The notes: generated by a model not told the origin, from the letters alone. 64,000 nt of DNA from Candidatus Latescibacterota bacterium (GCA_965116885.1 OZ220741.1:4288001-4352000), one strand, 5' to 3'; shown: positions 31,125 through 42,433, counted from the first letter of the stretch. Translations and numbers: made by a program.

Positions 31125-32479
31125 CCCTCACCGCACTCTCTCCCCTCGACAATCGCTACACGAGCCGCTTGACAGACCTCATTCCCTGTCTCTCACATTT
31201 TGCGCTAATAGCCTATCGCGTACAGATCGAAATCGAGTGGTTGCGCTTTCAATCAGAGCATCCCGCACTCACACACGTCCGCAGATTCACCGACGCTGAA
31301 CACCAGATATTGAAGTCCTGGATAGACACTTTCGACGAACAGCAGGCCCAGCGCGTTGTTGCAATTGAAAGGGTCACCAATCACGATGTCAAATCCGTTG
31401 AATACTACGTCAGAGAACGCCTTGAGGAAACATCGCTTGCCGACGTATGTGAAGCCGTGCATTTTTGCTGCACCTCTGAGGACATCAGCAATCTCGCTCA
31501 CGCGCTCATGATTAAATCCGCTATCAAAGGTGTCTTTCTTCCACTGGCACAGGAAGTTACCCAAATCACTTCACAACTCGCCCAAGACACTAAAAACCTT
31601 CCTGTACTCGCGCGTACACACGGTCAACCCGCCACCCCTACCACGATGGGCAAAGAACTCGCCGTATTTGCCTATCGCTGGCAGCGGCAAATCAAACAGG
31701 CGACAAAACTCGAATACCTCGGCAAATTCAACGGCGCCACAGGCAATTACAACGCGCATGTCGCAGCCTACCCCAATGTGCGCTGGCATGACCTCGCCCG
31801 CGATTTCGTCCAGCGCCTCGGTCTCACATTCAATCCCCTCACCACTCAGATTGAATCGCATGATTATATGGCCGAAGTCTTTCACCTGATTATCCGTTTC
31901 AACACCATCTCGCTCGACTTTGCCCGCGACATGTGGATCTATATATCCCTATCCTATTTTCGCCAAAAAACAGTCGCTTCAGAAGTAGGATCTTCGACCA
32001 TGCCCCACAAAGTCAATCCCATCGACTTTGAAAATGCCGAAGCCAATCTGGGCATCAGCACGGCCCTGCTCGAACACCTATCGACCAAATTACCCGTCTC
32101 GCGCCTCCAGCGCGATCTGTCCGACTCCTCAGCCAGTCGCAATATTGGTCCGGCCATCGGGCATGCGTGTCTCGCCCTGAAATCCATCCTGAATGGTATG
32201 GGCAAGGTCGCCATCGATAAACAGGCCATTGCCAGTGATCTCGAAAACGCCTGGGAAATCCTCGGCGAAGCCGTGCAAACCGTCATGCGAAAAGCCGGAT
32301 ATGAAAACGCCTACGAGCTTATGAAAGACCTCACCCGGGGCACAGACATTACAAAGGATGATCTCAACAACTTTCTCAACTCCCTCGACCTCCCCCAGGC
32401 AGACCTCAAAAATCTGAAAAAACTAACGCCTGAATCCTATATAGGGCTTGCCCCACAGCTTGTGGATGATATCTTGTAA
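31121..32479 (+). CDS. purB: Adenylosuccinate lyase
   Basis: LTALSPLD.RY, TNHDVK, TSEDI, RTHGQPATPT, GSSTMPHKVNPIDFEN. Confidence 0.96.
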   Translation: MTLTALSPLDNRYTSRLTDLIPCLSHFALIAYRVQIEIEWLRFQSEHPALTHVRRFTDAEHQILKSWIDTFDEQQAQRVVAIERVTNHDVKSVEYYVRERLEETSLADVCEAVHFCCTSEDISNLAHALMIKSAIKGVFLPLAQEVTQITSQLAQDTKNLPVLARTHGQPATPTTMGKELAVFAYRWQRQIKQATKLEYLGKFNGATGNYNAHVAAYPNVRWHDLARDFVQRLGLTFNPLTTQIESHDYMAEVFHLIIRFNTISLDFARDMWIYISLSYFRQKTVASEVGSSTMPHKVNPIDFENAEANLGISTALLEHLSTKLPVSRLQRDLSDSSASRNIGPAIGHACLALKSILNGMGKVAIDKQAIASDLENAWEILGEAVQTVMRKAGYENAYELMKDLTRGTDITKDDLNNFLNSLDLPQADLKNLKKLTPESYIGLAPQLVDDIL

Positions 32480-32539
32480 AGACGAGGGGCTAGAGACAAG
32501 CCCCAGTGTTCATCGCAGTCATCCTCTCATCCTGATCCT

Positions 32540-33094
32540 ATGCCCTTTGAATTTAAAAACCTCGATATACCCGACGTCATCCTCGTTCGCGCAAAGCGAT
32601 TTCCCGACGATCGCGGTTTTTTTGTCGAAACGTACAAACGAGACGATTTCGAAGCCAATGGCATTTTAGAAACGTTCGTTCAGGATAATCACTCTCGCTC
32701 TACCCGCGGCGTGCTGCGCGGATTGCACTATCAAAAAGCCCCTCGCGCACAGGGCAAACTCATCCAGGTGCTCAAGGGCGAAATATACGATGTTGCCGTC
32801 GATATTCGTCTGGGGTCTCCCACCTATGGTCGATGGACCGGCATTCATCTTTCCGAAGCGCGACCCGAACTCCTGTATGTCCCTCCCGGCTTTGCACACG
32901 GATTCTGCGTTCTCAGCGAGGTGGCGGACTTCACATACAAATGCACAGATATTTACGCACCAGAGACCTATCGCGGTATTTCCTGGGATGACCCCGACTT
33001 AAACATCTCCTGGCCGATAAAAAATCCAATCCTTTCCAAGCGCGATCAAAATCTCCCCCCGCTCAAAGAAGCAGACAACAATTTCATTTACTGA
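32540..33094 (+). CDS. rfbC: dTDP-4-dehydrorhamnose 3,5-epimerase
   Basis: DDRGFF.E, FVQDNHS, GVLRGLHYQ, DVAVDIR, PGFAHGF, YKCT. Confidence 0.95.
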   Translation: MPFEFKNLDIPDVILVRAKRFPDDRGFFVETYKRDDFEANGILETFVQDNHSRSTRGVLRGLHYQKAPRAQGKLIQVLKGEIYDVAVDIRLGSPTYGRWTGIHLSEARPELLYVPPGFAHGFCVLSEVADFTYKCTDIYAPETYRGISWDDPDLNISWPIKNPILSKRDQNLPPLKEADNNFIY

Positions 33095-33101
33095 GGACTC
33101 C

Positions 33102-36100
33102 ATGAGCCTGAAGCATTTCTTCCGCACATCCCCCACACAGCAACACACCCTGCTTCAATTGTCACAGCAACACGTCTCTGCACACATTCAAAATATTGAA
33201 ACCGAATACTGTTTCAACGTACAAACGGACAGTCCGCTTTCCGACGACCAGCAAAATCGGCTCACCTATCTTCTATCCGAAACCTTTGAAGCAGATCGGT
33301 TTGCAGAGCAGTCATTCCTTCAGGGGCCTGGCACGATCCTCGAAGTAGGGCCACGCATGAATTTTTCCACAGCATGGTCCACAAATGCCACGGCAATATG
33401 CCACGCCTGCGGTCTTACGCAAATTTCGCGCATTGAACGGTCGCGGCGTTACCTCATTGAGCCAGCCTTGAGCCTGGATCAACAGAATATCTTTTTGTCC
33501 CTCGTACACGACCGCATGACCGAATGCCTGTATCCCCACTCCCTCACCTCCTTTGACTCCGACGCAAAACCAGAACCCGTATCCGAGATTCCTCTCATAG
33601 AAGGAGGCCGCCGCGCCCTTGAAAAAATCAATCGCACCATGGGCCTGGCATTCGACGAATGGGACCTCAATTATTACACAGATCTCTTCCTCGATCAGAT
33701 CGGCCGCAACCCCACCAACGTCGAATGCTTTGACATTGCCCAATCCAACAGCGAACATTGCAGGCACTGGTTTTTCAAAGGCCGCCTTATCATCGACGGT
33801 GAAGAGATGCCCGACCACCTCATCGCCATGATCCAATCGACACTCAAAGCCAATCCCAACAACAGCACTATCGCCTTCAAAGACAATTCCAGTGCCATCC
33901 GAGGGTATCCGATACGCACCATTGTGCCCACCACTATCGGTAGTCCCTCTCCATTTGCATTCTCAGACCGCACCTGCGACATCATCTTCACCGCGGAAAC
34001 GCACAACTTTCCATCGGGTGTTGCTCCTTTTCCCGGCGCAGAAACAGGCACGGGCGGTCGCATCCGAGACGTGCAGGCCACGGGGCGCGGCGCGCTCGTC
34101 ATAGCGGGTACAGCGGCGTATTGCGTAGGCAATTTGTATATTCCCGGATACGACCTGCCCTGGGAAAATCCCAAATTTCAATATCCCGATAACCTCGCCA
34201 CACCCTTGCAAATCGCAATTGAAGCCAGTAATGGAGCTTCGGATTACGGCAACAAATTCGGTGAACCCCTCATACAGGGCTACACGCGATCCTATGGCCT
34301 GCGTCTGTCCAATGGAGAACGCAGAGAATGGATCAAACCCATTATGTTCAGCGGCGGGATCGGTCAAATGGACGCGCGTCATACAAATAAGGAGAAGCCC
34401 GAACCCCAAATGCTCGTTACCAAAATCGGCGGGCCAGCCTATCGCATTGGCATGGGGGGTGGTGCTGCTTCGAGCATGGTACAGGGCGAAAACGAAGCCG
34501 AACTCGACTTCAATGCCGTGCAGCGCGGCGACGCAGAAATGGAACAAAAACTCAATCGCGTGATCCGCGCCTGTGTTGAACTCGGCGATCAAAACCCCAT
34601 TGTCAGCATCCACGATCAGGGCGCGGGTGGCAACTGCAATGTCCTGAAAGAGATTGTTGAGCCTGCGGGTGCCCGCATCGATATTCGCGCCGTGCCCGTT
34701 GGAGATGAAACCCTATCTGTGCTCGAAATCTGGGGTGCCGAATATCAGGAAAATAATGCCCTGCTCATCCGTCCCGAGCACGCCCATCTCTTCGACGCCC
34801 TCTGCAAACGCGAAAAAGTCATTTACGCTTTTGTCGGCGAAGTAACCGGCGACGGGCGGGTGGTAGTCTTCGATAGCACAGACAACACCACGCCCGTTGA
34901 TCTCGACCTGGAAAAGGTCCTTGGCGATATGCCGCAAAAGCCCTTCAAACTCGACCGCTTTCCCACCCGCACAGAACCGCTCACCCTCCCCGAGAATCTG
35001 ACCGTTGAAAAAGCGCTCAACCGCGTGCTTCGCCTCGTCTCCGTAGGTTCCAAACGGTTTCTCACCAACAAAGTTGACCGCTGTGTAACCGGGCTTGTCG
35101 CACAACAGCAATGCGTGGGACCACTCCAGCTAACCGCAGCAGACGTCGCTGTCATTGCACAAAGTCATTTTGGCACGACTGGTGCCGCCACCGCCATTGG
35201 CGAACAACCCATCAAGGGGCTTATCGATCCCGCGGCGATGGGACGCCTGTGCGTGGGCGAAATGCTCACCAATATCGCCTGGGCACGCCTGAGCGCCATC
35301 GAAGACATCAAATGCTCTGGCAACTGGATGTGGGCGGCCAAATTGCCCGGAGAAGGCGCGGCACTTTACGATGCGGCCCTCGCCCTCACAGATATTCTGC
35401 TCGAATTGGACATTGCTATAGATGGCGGCAAAGACAGCCTCTCAATGGCTGCGATCGCACCGGGAGAGGATGGCGACGAAACGGTCAAAACACCCGGCAC
35501 ACTCGTCATATCGGGCTATGTCACCAGTCCCGACATTACGCAGACCGTCACACCCGACTTAAAACATCCTGACGAAGGCATCATACTTTACGTCGATCTC
35601 GGCGCAGACAAACATCGCCTCGGCGGGTCTTCTCTCGCCCATGTGTACGAGCAACTCGGCAACGAGTCACCAGATGTCGATGATCCCGCCCTGCTCAAAC
35701 GCGCGATTGAAGCACTCCAATCCTGCATCGCAAAAAATTACATTGCCTCGGGACACGACCGCAGTGATGGCGGCCTCATCACCGCGCTTTTGGAAATGGC
35801 TTTTGCTGGCAACTGCGGTATTCAGATTGACCTTCAAACCCGCGCCCATGCGATTCCCGCGCTCTTTTCCGAAGAACTCGGCCTCGTCTTTGAAGTGCAT
35901 CCCAAAAATCTGATGATCGTGCGAGAAATTTTTGGAAAAGTACCTATCCAAACCATTGGAAAAGTAACCTCCAGTCCCGACATCCAAATTTCTGTCAACA
36001 AGCAGTGCGTTCTCAAAAGACCCATGCCCGAATTGCGAGACTTATGGGAAGCTACGAGTTTCCAACTCGAACGCCGACAAACCAATCCATCCTGCGTCTC

Positions 36101-37001
36101 GCAAGAAGAGGCTACCCTGCACGCGCGTACAGGTCCCAACTTTACCGTACCCTTCGCGCCAATGCCCACGCCCCCCGCCATTCTCAATGCCAGTCGCAAG
36201 CCCGCGGTCGCCATCGTGCGCGAAGAGGGCAGCAATGGAGATCGCGAAATGACCTCTGCATTTTTCGCAGCGGGCTTTGAACCCTGGGATGTGACCACCA
36301 GCGATCTCTTATCTGGTACCATCGCACTTGACCAGCGATTCAGAGGCGTTGTATTTGTCGGTGGATTCAGCTATGCCGATGTGCTCGACTCGGCCAAAGG
36401 CTGGGCTGGCGTGATTCGCTTCAACGATGGCCTTCGCGCCCAGTTCGATGCCTTCTACAACCGTCCGGATACTTTCAGCCTCGGCGTGTGCAATGGCTGC
36501 CAACTCATGGCCTTGCTCGGCTGGGTTCCGTTCCCCGGCCTTGCCAATGCGGCACAACCCCGATTTATTCGAAACGAATCCGCACGTTTTGAATCCCGCT
36601 TTTCCACCGTGCAAATTCAGGACAGTCCAGCGATTATGTTCAAAAACATGACCGGCGCATCCCTCGGCGTGTGGGTCGCGCACGGCGAAGGCCGCGCATT
36701 TTTTCCCCGCGCAGACGTACTCGACCGCGTTATAGATGAAAACCTCTCTCCCGTACGCTATGTAGATGACAACAATACCGCAACCAAAGCCTATCCCTTT
36801 AACCCAAATGGTTCCCCGCACGGCATTGCCGGTCTTTGCTCTCCCGATGGTCGCCACCTCGCCATGATGCCCCACCCCGAACGCACCTTTCTCAAGTGGC
36901 AATGGGGCTACATGCCAAACCACTGGAAACGCGATCTTCAAGCCTCTCCGTGGCTTCAAATATTCCAGAACGCCCGCGAGTGGTGTGAGGGTAAAACGTA
37001 A
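33102..37001 (+). CDS. purL: Phosphoribosylformylglycinamidine synthase, large single-chain type
   Basis: QSNSEHCRH, ETHNFP, GAETGTGGRIRD, FLTNKVDR, fused glutaminase GVCNGCQ and MMPHPER; 1299 aa. Confidence 0.96.
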   Translation: MSLKHFFRTSPTQQHTLLQLSQQHVSAHIQNIETEYCFNVQTDSPLSDDQQNRLTYLLSETFEADRFAEQSFLQGPGTILEVGPRMNFSTAWSTNATAICHACGLTQISRIERSRRYLIEPALSLDQQNIFLSLVHDRMTECLYPHSLTSFDSDAKPEPVSEIPLIEGGRRALEKINRTMGLAFDEWDLNYYTDLFLDQIGRNPTNVECFDIAQSNSEHCRHWFFKGRLIIDGEEMPDHLIAMIQSTLKANPNNSTIAFKDNSSAIRGYPIRTIVPTTIGSPSPFAFSDRTCDIIFTAETHNFPSGVAPFPGAETGTGGRIRDVQATGRGALVIAGTAAYCVGNLYIPGYDLPWENPKFQYPDNLATPLQIAIEASNGASDYGNKFGEPLIQGYTRSYGLRLSNGERREWIKPIMFSGGIGQMDARHTNKEKPEPQMLVTKIGGPAYRIGMGGGAASSMVQGENEAELDFNAVQRGDAEMEQKLNRVIRACVELGDQNPIVSIHDQGAGGNCNVLKEIVEPAGARIDIRAVPVGDETLSVLEIWGAEYQENNALLIRPEHAHLFDALCKREKVIYAFVGEVTGDGRVVVFDSTDNTTPVDLDLEKVLGDMPQKPFKLDRFPTRTEPLTLPENLTVEKALNRVLRLVSVGSKRFLTNKVDRCVTGLVAQQQCVGPLQLTAADVAVIAQSHFGTTGAATAIGEQPIKGLIDPAAMGRLCVGEMLTNIAWARLSAIEDIKCSGNWMWAAKLPGEGAALYDAALALTDILLELDIAIDGGKDSLSMAAIAPGEDGDETVKTPGTLVISGYVTSPDITQTVTPDLKHPDEGIILYVDLGADKHRLGGSSLAHVYEQLGNESPDVDDPALLKRAIEALQSCIAKNYIASGHDRSDGGLITALLEMAFAGNCGIQIDLQTRAHAIPALFSEELGLVFEVHPKNLMIVREIFGKVPIQTIGKVTSSPDIQISVNKQCVLKRPMPELRDLWEATSFQLERRQTNPSCVSQEEATLHARTGPNFTVPFAPMPTPPAILNASRKPAVAIVREEGSNGDREMTSAFFAAGFEPWDVTTSDLLSGTIALDQRFRGVVFVGGFSYADVLDSAKGWAGVIRFNDGLRAQFDAFYNRPDTFSLGVCNGCQLMALLGWVPFPGLANAAQPRFIRNESARFESRFSTVQIQDSPAIMFKNMTGASLGVWVAHGEGRAFFPRADVLDRVIDENLSPVRYVDDNNTATKAYPFNPNGSPHGIAGLCSPDGRHLAMMPHPERTFLKWQWGYMPNHWKRDLQASPWLQIFQNAREWCEGKT

Positions 37002-37088
37002 ATGGCAGTATGGGTCGCATCAATATAAACTGGTGTGATACACAGGGTCCGGTGCTCATCTAATTTCTCTTCGCTGCAGGAGGTTTTC

Positions 37089-38768
37089 ATGCAGACCAAC
37101 TACGACGTCAACATGCAATTAGACGTAAAAGTGCCCATGCGAGACGGCATCAATCTCTCCGCCGATATCTACCTGCCTCGAGCGCGCGGTAAATTCCCCA
37201 CCGTGCTCATGCGGACGCCTTATGACAACAACGCCGACAACATGGTGGAAAAAGCCCGGCGGCTTGCCAACAACGGCTATGCCTGTATTATTCAGGACTG
37301 TCGCGGACGGTGGGACTCAGAAGGGGAATATTACGCCTTTCGGGAAGGCGAAGACGGATACGATACTCAGGAATGGATCGGCAAACAAAAATGGTGCGAT
37401 GGCAAAATCGGAATGGCCGGCAGTTCCTATGGCGGCACAGTCCAGTGGCGCAGCGCACCGTATCGCAGCCAGTATCTCAAATGCATCACACCCCGGGTTA
37501 TATGCACGGACTATTACTCCGGACTCGTCCACCCCGGCGGTGCTTTCCAGCTCAATGTCATGATGACCTGGGGCATGCGCACCAACGCCCGCACCGCGCA
37601 GACCATTGAATTTCACAACTGGACCGAAGCCTTTCGCGCATTGCCCCTCATCGAAATGGACGAACAGGCGGGCCGCAACCTGAATTTCTGGAAAGATTGG
37701 GTAGAACACGCCGCTTACGACGACTATTGGGAGCAATTCAACGACGAAACCAAATGGGGTGAAATCGCCGTCCCCGCGTTCAACATGGGCGGCTGGTACG
37801 ATCTTTACGCGGCACAGACCTTTACCAACTTCAACGGTCTGCGCCTGCACGGTCGCACCGAAGAAGCCAAAAAGAGCAAACTCATCGTCGGCCCCTGGCC
37901 ACATTCCCTCAGCCTATCACCCAAAACCGGTGACATTGACTTCGGCGCACCGTCAATGGTCGATCTGGAAAGCCTTGAACAGCGCTGGTTCGACCACTGG
38001 CTCAAAGGTATTGACAATGGCATCGCAGATGAACCGCCTTTGCGCCTCTTCATCATGGGCATCAACCAGTGGCGCGATGAACATGAATGGCCGCTTGCGA
38101 GAACCCGATGGCAAAAATGGCACCTGCACTCGGGCGGCAGTGCCAATACGCTACTCGGCAACGGCACGCTCTCCACAGCATCACCGGAGAACGAATCGCC
38201 TGATCGCTACACTTACGACCCTCACTACCCCGTCCCGACAATGGGTGGCAACAACTGTTGCTCACCCCACATCGTGCCGTGGGGGCCCTATGACCAGCGT
38301 CCCGTAGAGATGCGTAGCGACGTACTCTGTTACACCAGCGCGCCCCTTAAAACAGCCCTGGAAGTCACGGGTCCCATCAAAGCCGTCATCTACGCCGCTA
38401 CCGACTGCACAGACACGGACTGGACCGCCAAACTCGTCGATGTATCGCCCACCGGGTATGCCATGAACCTCTGTGACGGCATTTTGCGTGCGCGTTTTCG
38501 GGAAAGCCTCACCAACCCCACCTTGCTCAAACCCGACAGCGTCTATGCCTATGAAATTGACCTCGGCGTAACCGGCAACGTCTTCAAAAAGGGCCACCGC
38601 ATCCGCCTCGAAATATCTTCTTCCAATTTTCCCCGGTTCGACCGCAACCTCAATACCGGTGGTTCGCTGGGTCGTGAGACCGAGATGCGCCAGGCGCATC
38701 AGGCCGTCTATCACTCAAAAGCATACCCATCCCACATCACGCTACCCGTCATTCCCTGCGGAGAGTAA
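37089..38768 (+). CDS. CocE/NonD family hydrolase
   Basis: VPMRDG, RTPY, QDCRGR..SEG, GSSYGG nucleophile, GGWYD, GPWPH, SSSNFPRFDRN; CAGGAGG RBS. Confidence 0.93.
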   Translation: MQTNYDVNMQLDVKVPMRDGINLSADIYLPRARGKFPTVLMRTPYDNNADNMVEKARRLANNGYACIIQDCRGRWDSEGEYYAFREGEDGYDTQEWIGKQKWCDGKIGMAGSSYGGTVQWRSAPYRSQYLKCITPRVICTDYYSGLVHPGGAFQLNVMMTWGMRTNARTAQTIEFHNWTEAFRALPLIEMDEQAGRNLNFWKDWVEHAAYDDYWEQFNDETKWGEIAVPAFNMGGWYDLYAAQTFTNFNGLRLHGRTEEAKKSKLIVGPWPHSLSLSPKTGDIDFGAPSMVDLESLEQRWFDHWLKGIDNGIADEPPLRLFIMGINQWRDEHEWPLARTRWQKWHLHSGGSANTLLGNGTLSTASPENESPDRYTYDPHYPVPTMGGNNCCSPHIVPWGPYDQRPVEMRSDVLCYTSAPLKTALEVTGPIKAVIYAATDCTDTDWTAKLVDVSPTGYAMNLCDGILRARFRESLTNPTLLKPDSVYAYEIDLGVTGNVFKKGHRIRLEISSSNFPRFDRNLNTGGSLGRETEMRQAHQAVYHSKAYPSHITLPVIPCGE

Positions 38769-38769
38769 T

Positions 38770-40209
38770 ATGCCAGACTCTCGACCAAATATCCTGCTCA
38801 TCATGACCGACCAGCAACGCGGCGACTGCATAGGTCTCGACCCGTGTAGTCCACCGTGTCTGCAAACACCCAACCTGGACTGGATTGCCCGCACGGGCAC
38901 GCACTTTCACCGCGGATACTCCGAATGCCCCAGTTGTATCCCCGCTCGCCGCTGCCTGATGACCGGCACAGCACCTGCAGCAAATGGCGCTGTCGGATTC
39001 AAAAGTGCCCAGTGGCATCCACCTCACACCCTCGCTGGCGAATTGTCCAGGGCGGGATATCAAACAGAAATGATCGGCAAACTCCACCTATCCCCCGCCC
39101 GCAAGCGCTATGGCTTCGACCACATGCAACTGGCCGACGCCACCCGGGGCAGCCACAACGACTATGTCGAATGGCTACAGCAATACCACAAACGCAACGA
39201 AGTGCATCCCGGCATGGCCCACGGTATTTCCTCCAATGGATGGATCGGTCGCCCACACCACTTGCCCGAAGAACAGATGCACACCTTCTGGTGTATCGAC
39301 AGAGCAATGGACTTTCTCCAAAAACGCGATCCCACGGTTCCGTTTTTTCTCAACATATCCCTTATAGACCCCCATCCCCCGCTTACCCCCCCGGCTCTCT
39401 ATTACGACCGCTATATCCAACGGCGTTTGCCCGATCCCATCATAGGAGACTGGGCATCCGAATTTGACGGTCCTCAAAAAGGTCTCGACCCCAACGCCTG
39501 GCAAATTTGCCTTGACGAACACGACATGCGCTGTTCTCGTGCGGCTTATTACGGCATGATCAACTTTATAGACGACCAGATCGGCCGCCTCATTCAATAT
39601 GCCGGTGGTCTCAACAACTGCCTGACCATCTTCACATCCGACCACGGCGAAATGCTGGGTGACCACAATCTCTTTCGCAAAACCTGGCCATACGAAGCGT
39701 CTGCCCGAATTCCATTTCTCATGCGCGCGCCTAAAAACTGGGGGTACCCCGAAGAAATCACTTGCAAAAGCCCCGTCGGCATCCAGGACATTATGCCCAC
39801 TATCCTCGATGCGGCCGACATCGATATCCCCGAGACCTGCACGGGCAAAAGCCTCCTGCCCGTCATGCAAGGCGACACTGATCGCGTGCGGGAATTTCTA
39901 CATGGAGAACACGCTGGCTGTTATAACTACAACCACGGCAACCACTATGTCACAGATGGACACCACAAATACATCTGGTATTCTCAAACGGGTGAAGAAC
40001 ACCTTTTCAACCTGGACGAAGATCCCCATGAAATGCGCGACATTACGCGCAATCCCAACTCTGAAATACAACCCTGGCGAAATCGCCTCATCGAATTCCT
40101 CAAAGACCGTCCAGAAGGTTTTACCGATGGCACGCATTTGATCCCCGGCCAGCCCCACGAAGAACTCCTGCCAGGCTATGACCCCGAAGCGACCTACCCG
40201 TATTTGTGA
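38770..40209 (+). CDS. Formylglycine-dependent sulfatase
   Basis: RPNILLIMTDQQR, CIPAR (CxPxR), GKLH, DPHPP, FTSDHGEMLGDH. Start is ATG 38770. Confidence 0.93.
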   Translation: MPDSRPNILLIMTDQQRGDCIGLDPCSPPCLQTPNLDWIARTGTHFHRGYSECPSCIPARRCLMTGTAPAANGAVGFKSAQWHPPHTLAGELSRAGYQTEMIGKLHLSPARKRYGFDHMQLADATRGSHNDYVEWLQQYHKRNEVHPGMAHGISSNGWIGRPHHLPEEQMHTFWCIDRAMDFLQKRDPTVPFFLNISLIDPHPPLTPPALYYDRYIQRRLPDPIIGDWASEFDGPQKGLDPNAWQICLDEHDMRCSRAAYYGMINFIDDQIGRLIQYAGGLNNCLTIFTSDHGEMLGDHNLFRKTWPYEASARIPFLMRAPKNWGYPEEITCKSPVGIQDIMPTILDAADIDIPETCTGKSLLPVMQGDTDRVREFLHGEHAGCYNYNHGNHYVTDGHHKYIWYSQTGEEHLFNLDEDPHEMRDITRNPNSEIQPWRNRLIEFLKDRPEGFTDGTHLIPGQPHEELLPGYDPEATYPYL

Positions 40210-40231
40210 GGAATTACCGACCTTTCATCTC

Positions 40232-40261
40232 AACCGCCCGACACAACGGGCGGTTTTTTTT
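40232..40261 (+). terminator. Intrinsic terminator
   Basis: AACCGCCCG-ACACAA-CGGGCGGTTTTTTT. Confidence 0.85.
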
Positions 40262-40339
40262 ATATCTTTTGAAGCAACTTCTGTGCATCTTAACGGTTAA
40301 AATAAGAGTAATCCATTCCCTCACTCGAGGAGACGCCAA

Positions 40340-42433
40340 ATGATATTGCGAATGCTATTAATTCTCATATTTGTCACACCAACAGATATAGTATCGGCAA
40401 ATATCGATTCTTTACTCATTGCAGCCTCAGATACGACGCGTGCGTTTGATGAACGCGAGTCGCTGTTAAAAGAGGCTACAAAAAGCGACCCAGCGGGACG
40501 CGCGGCCCACGCGCTGGGTGAATTGTATATGTTGCAGGGAAAAAGTCATGTACACAGTGCCGAACGGTGGTTGAAAAGAGCGATGCAAAAACAGCCGAAT
40601 AATGGGAATATTTTGACCTCGCTGGCCGAGTATTACTGGCGCATCGGGCGACGAACAACCGCAATCGTATATGCCAAACGGGGGATTGAACGCGATCCCG
40701 ACAATATAGGACCATTGTATTGGGCGGCGCGCTTTGAGATGTGGAATATGACGCGGTATCTCGATGCCGAGCGCAGAATTGTGAATTATGGTTCGGATTT
40801 CAATAGATACAGGAGAACGGTCAGAACATTGAGTTTGGAGAATTACGGCATTGAAGCGCGCGATGCGGCCATTGGATATTTAACGCGTGCAATTGACAAA
40901 GATCCCGACCACTGGCCCTCACACCACTTATTGGGGCTGGTCTATTACGAAGGCCGAATGGCTCGTGAATTGATTCCCCTATTTGAAAATTATGTACAAC
41001 GGCATCCCGGCAATGCCCATGCACATTTTTTTGTCGGATTGGGTTATCAAGCTGAGGATCGATTGCAGGATGCGTATGCAGCCTATACCCGGGGACTTGC
41101 GCGCATGGCAGAAAAAGAGCAACGCTTTATGATGGGCGTGTTTGTGCTCGCCGATCCCGACTCAACTGCGCCAGATTACGCGGCGATTCGCAAATTCTGG
41201 ACGGGTCGCGATCCATTGTACTTGACCGAATACAACGAGCGATTACTCGAACATTGCCGGCGTGTGGCTTATGCCAATTTGCGATTTGGCGACCCCCTCA
41301 AGGGCATTCCCGGCTGGACAACGGATAAAGGCCAGGTTTATATCCGCTATGGTCATCCAGTATCTCTGGTCGCGCGGCCTGCGGAATTTCATACCGGCGT
41401 GGATTTGCCCGGATATATGCAGGAATATCTGGCATGGCGGGCGCGGTGGCAGATGATGTCGCACAATTACGAACACCGGAAGGAATTGTGGCGATACGAA
41501 GGCTTTACCATCATTTTTGAAAATACGGACACGCGCGATCACTGGAATTTCCGCCTGGGCTGGTTGGATTCGGAAATGAATCCCATGGGCTTTAAGATGT
41601 TTGTCGAGCGCAAATCCGACCATTTTCGAGACCCGTACTGGCACGAGCGATACAACGCGCCACATCAGATCGCGCAGTTTCGCGGAGAAGACGACAAAGC
41701 GCGTGTTGAAGTGTATTATGCCCTGGACGCCGATGAGGTCGAAACAAAAGACCTCCGCGCAGGCATAAAAGGCGTCAATTTGCGTCAGGGCCTGTTCCTT
41801 TTTGATGCCCAATGGGATACTTTGCGCCGGGATATAGGTCGGGTGCAACGCATGCCCATCGTGAAGTACGACGCACTTGGCACGGGCTATTTGTTAGCTG
41901 GAGATCGGCTCAATTTGAAAGCCGGGCGTTATTATCTATCGGCAGAAGTTGAGGATCGCGAAAAAAAATCTGTGGGCACATTTCGAGATACGCTCAATGT
42001 ACGGCAATTTTCAAAAGACCAACTGGATGTCAGCGATTTATTGATCGCACGGCGTATCGTTGAGCGCGAAGACCGACCCTTTGGGCGCAGTCGCTTTCTC
42101 GTATTGTCAAATCCCTTGCGACAATATGAACACAATGGTCAAGCCGTGGTGTATTTTGAGGTTTACAACTTACGACGCGATGTGTTTGGCGCAACCCATT
42201 ACAAACTCACCTTTCAAGTGCGGGCACTGAGCGATGCCGGAGATGTAGAACAGGCGGATTGGGTAACGGCCGTGTCTTACGAACAACGCGGCAACCGCGA
42301 CTGGGAACCATTGTTTTTGGCATTGGCACTGGACAAAACCATGCCGGGGCCCAAAGCACTGCGCGTGGTGGTCGAAGATTTGCAAACTTTGGAACGCGCA
42401 ATTTCAACAACGCAGTTTCGCGTGATGTGGTAG
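40340..42433 (+). CDS. Secreted TPR + GWxTD domain protein
   Basis: Signal peptide, TPRs, FW..RDP...TEYNERL.EH.RR..YAN..F...GWTTDKGQVYIRYG. Confidence 0.88.
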   Translation: MILRMLLILIFVTPTDIVSANIDSLLIAASDTTRAFDERESLLKEATKSDPAGRAAHALGELYMLQGKSHVHSAERWLKRAMQKQPNNGNILTSLAEYYWRIGRRTTAIVYAKRGIERDPDNIGPLYWAARFEMWNMTRYLDAERRIVNYGSDFNRYRRTVRTLSLENYGIEARDAAIGYLTRAIDKDPDHWPSHHLLGLVYYEGRMARELIPLFENYVQRHPGNAHAHFFVGLGYQAEDRLQDAYAAYTRGLARMAEKEQRFMMGVFVLADPDSTAPDYAAIRKFWTGRDPLYLTEYNERLLEHCRRVAYANLRFGDPLKGIPGWTTDKGQVYIRYGHPVSLVARPAEFHTGVDLPGYMQEYLAWRARWQMMSHNYEHRKELWRYEGFTIIFENTDTRDHWNFRLGWLDSEMNPMGFKMFVERKSDHFRDPYWHERYNAPHQIAQFRGEDDKARVEVYYALDADEVETKDLRAGIKGVNLRQGLFLFDAQWDTLRRDIGRVQRMPIVKYDALGTGYLLAGDRLNLKAGRYYLSAEVEDREKKSVGTFRDTLNVRQFSKDQLDVSDLLIARRIVEREDRPFGRSRFLVLSNPLRQYEHNGQAVVYFEVYNLRRDVFGATHYKLTFQVRALSDAGDVEQADWVTAVSYEQRGNRDWEPLFLALALDKTMPGPKALRVVVEDLQTLERAISTTQFRVMW

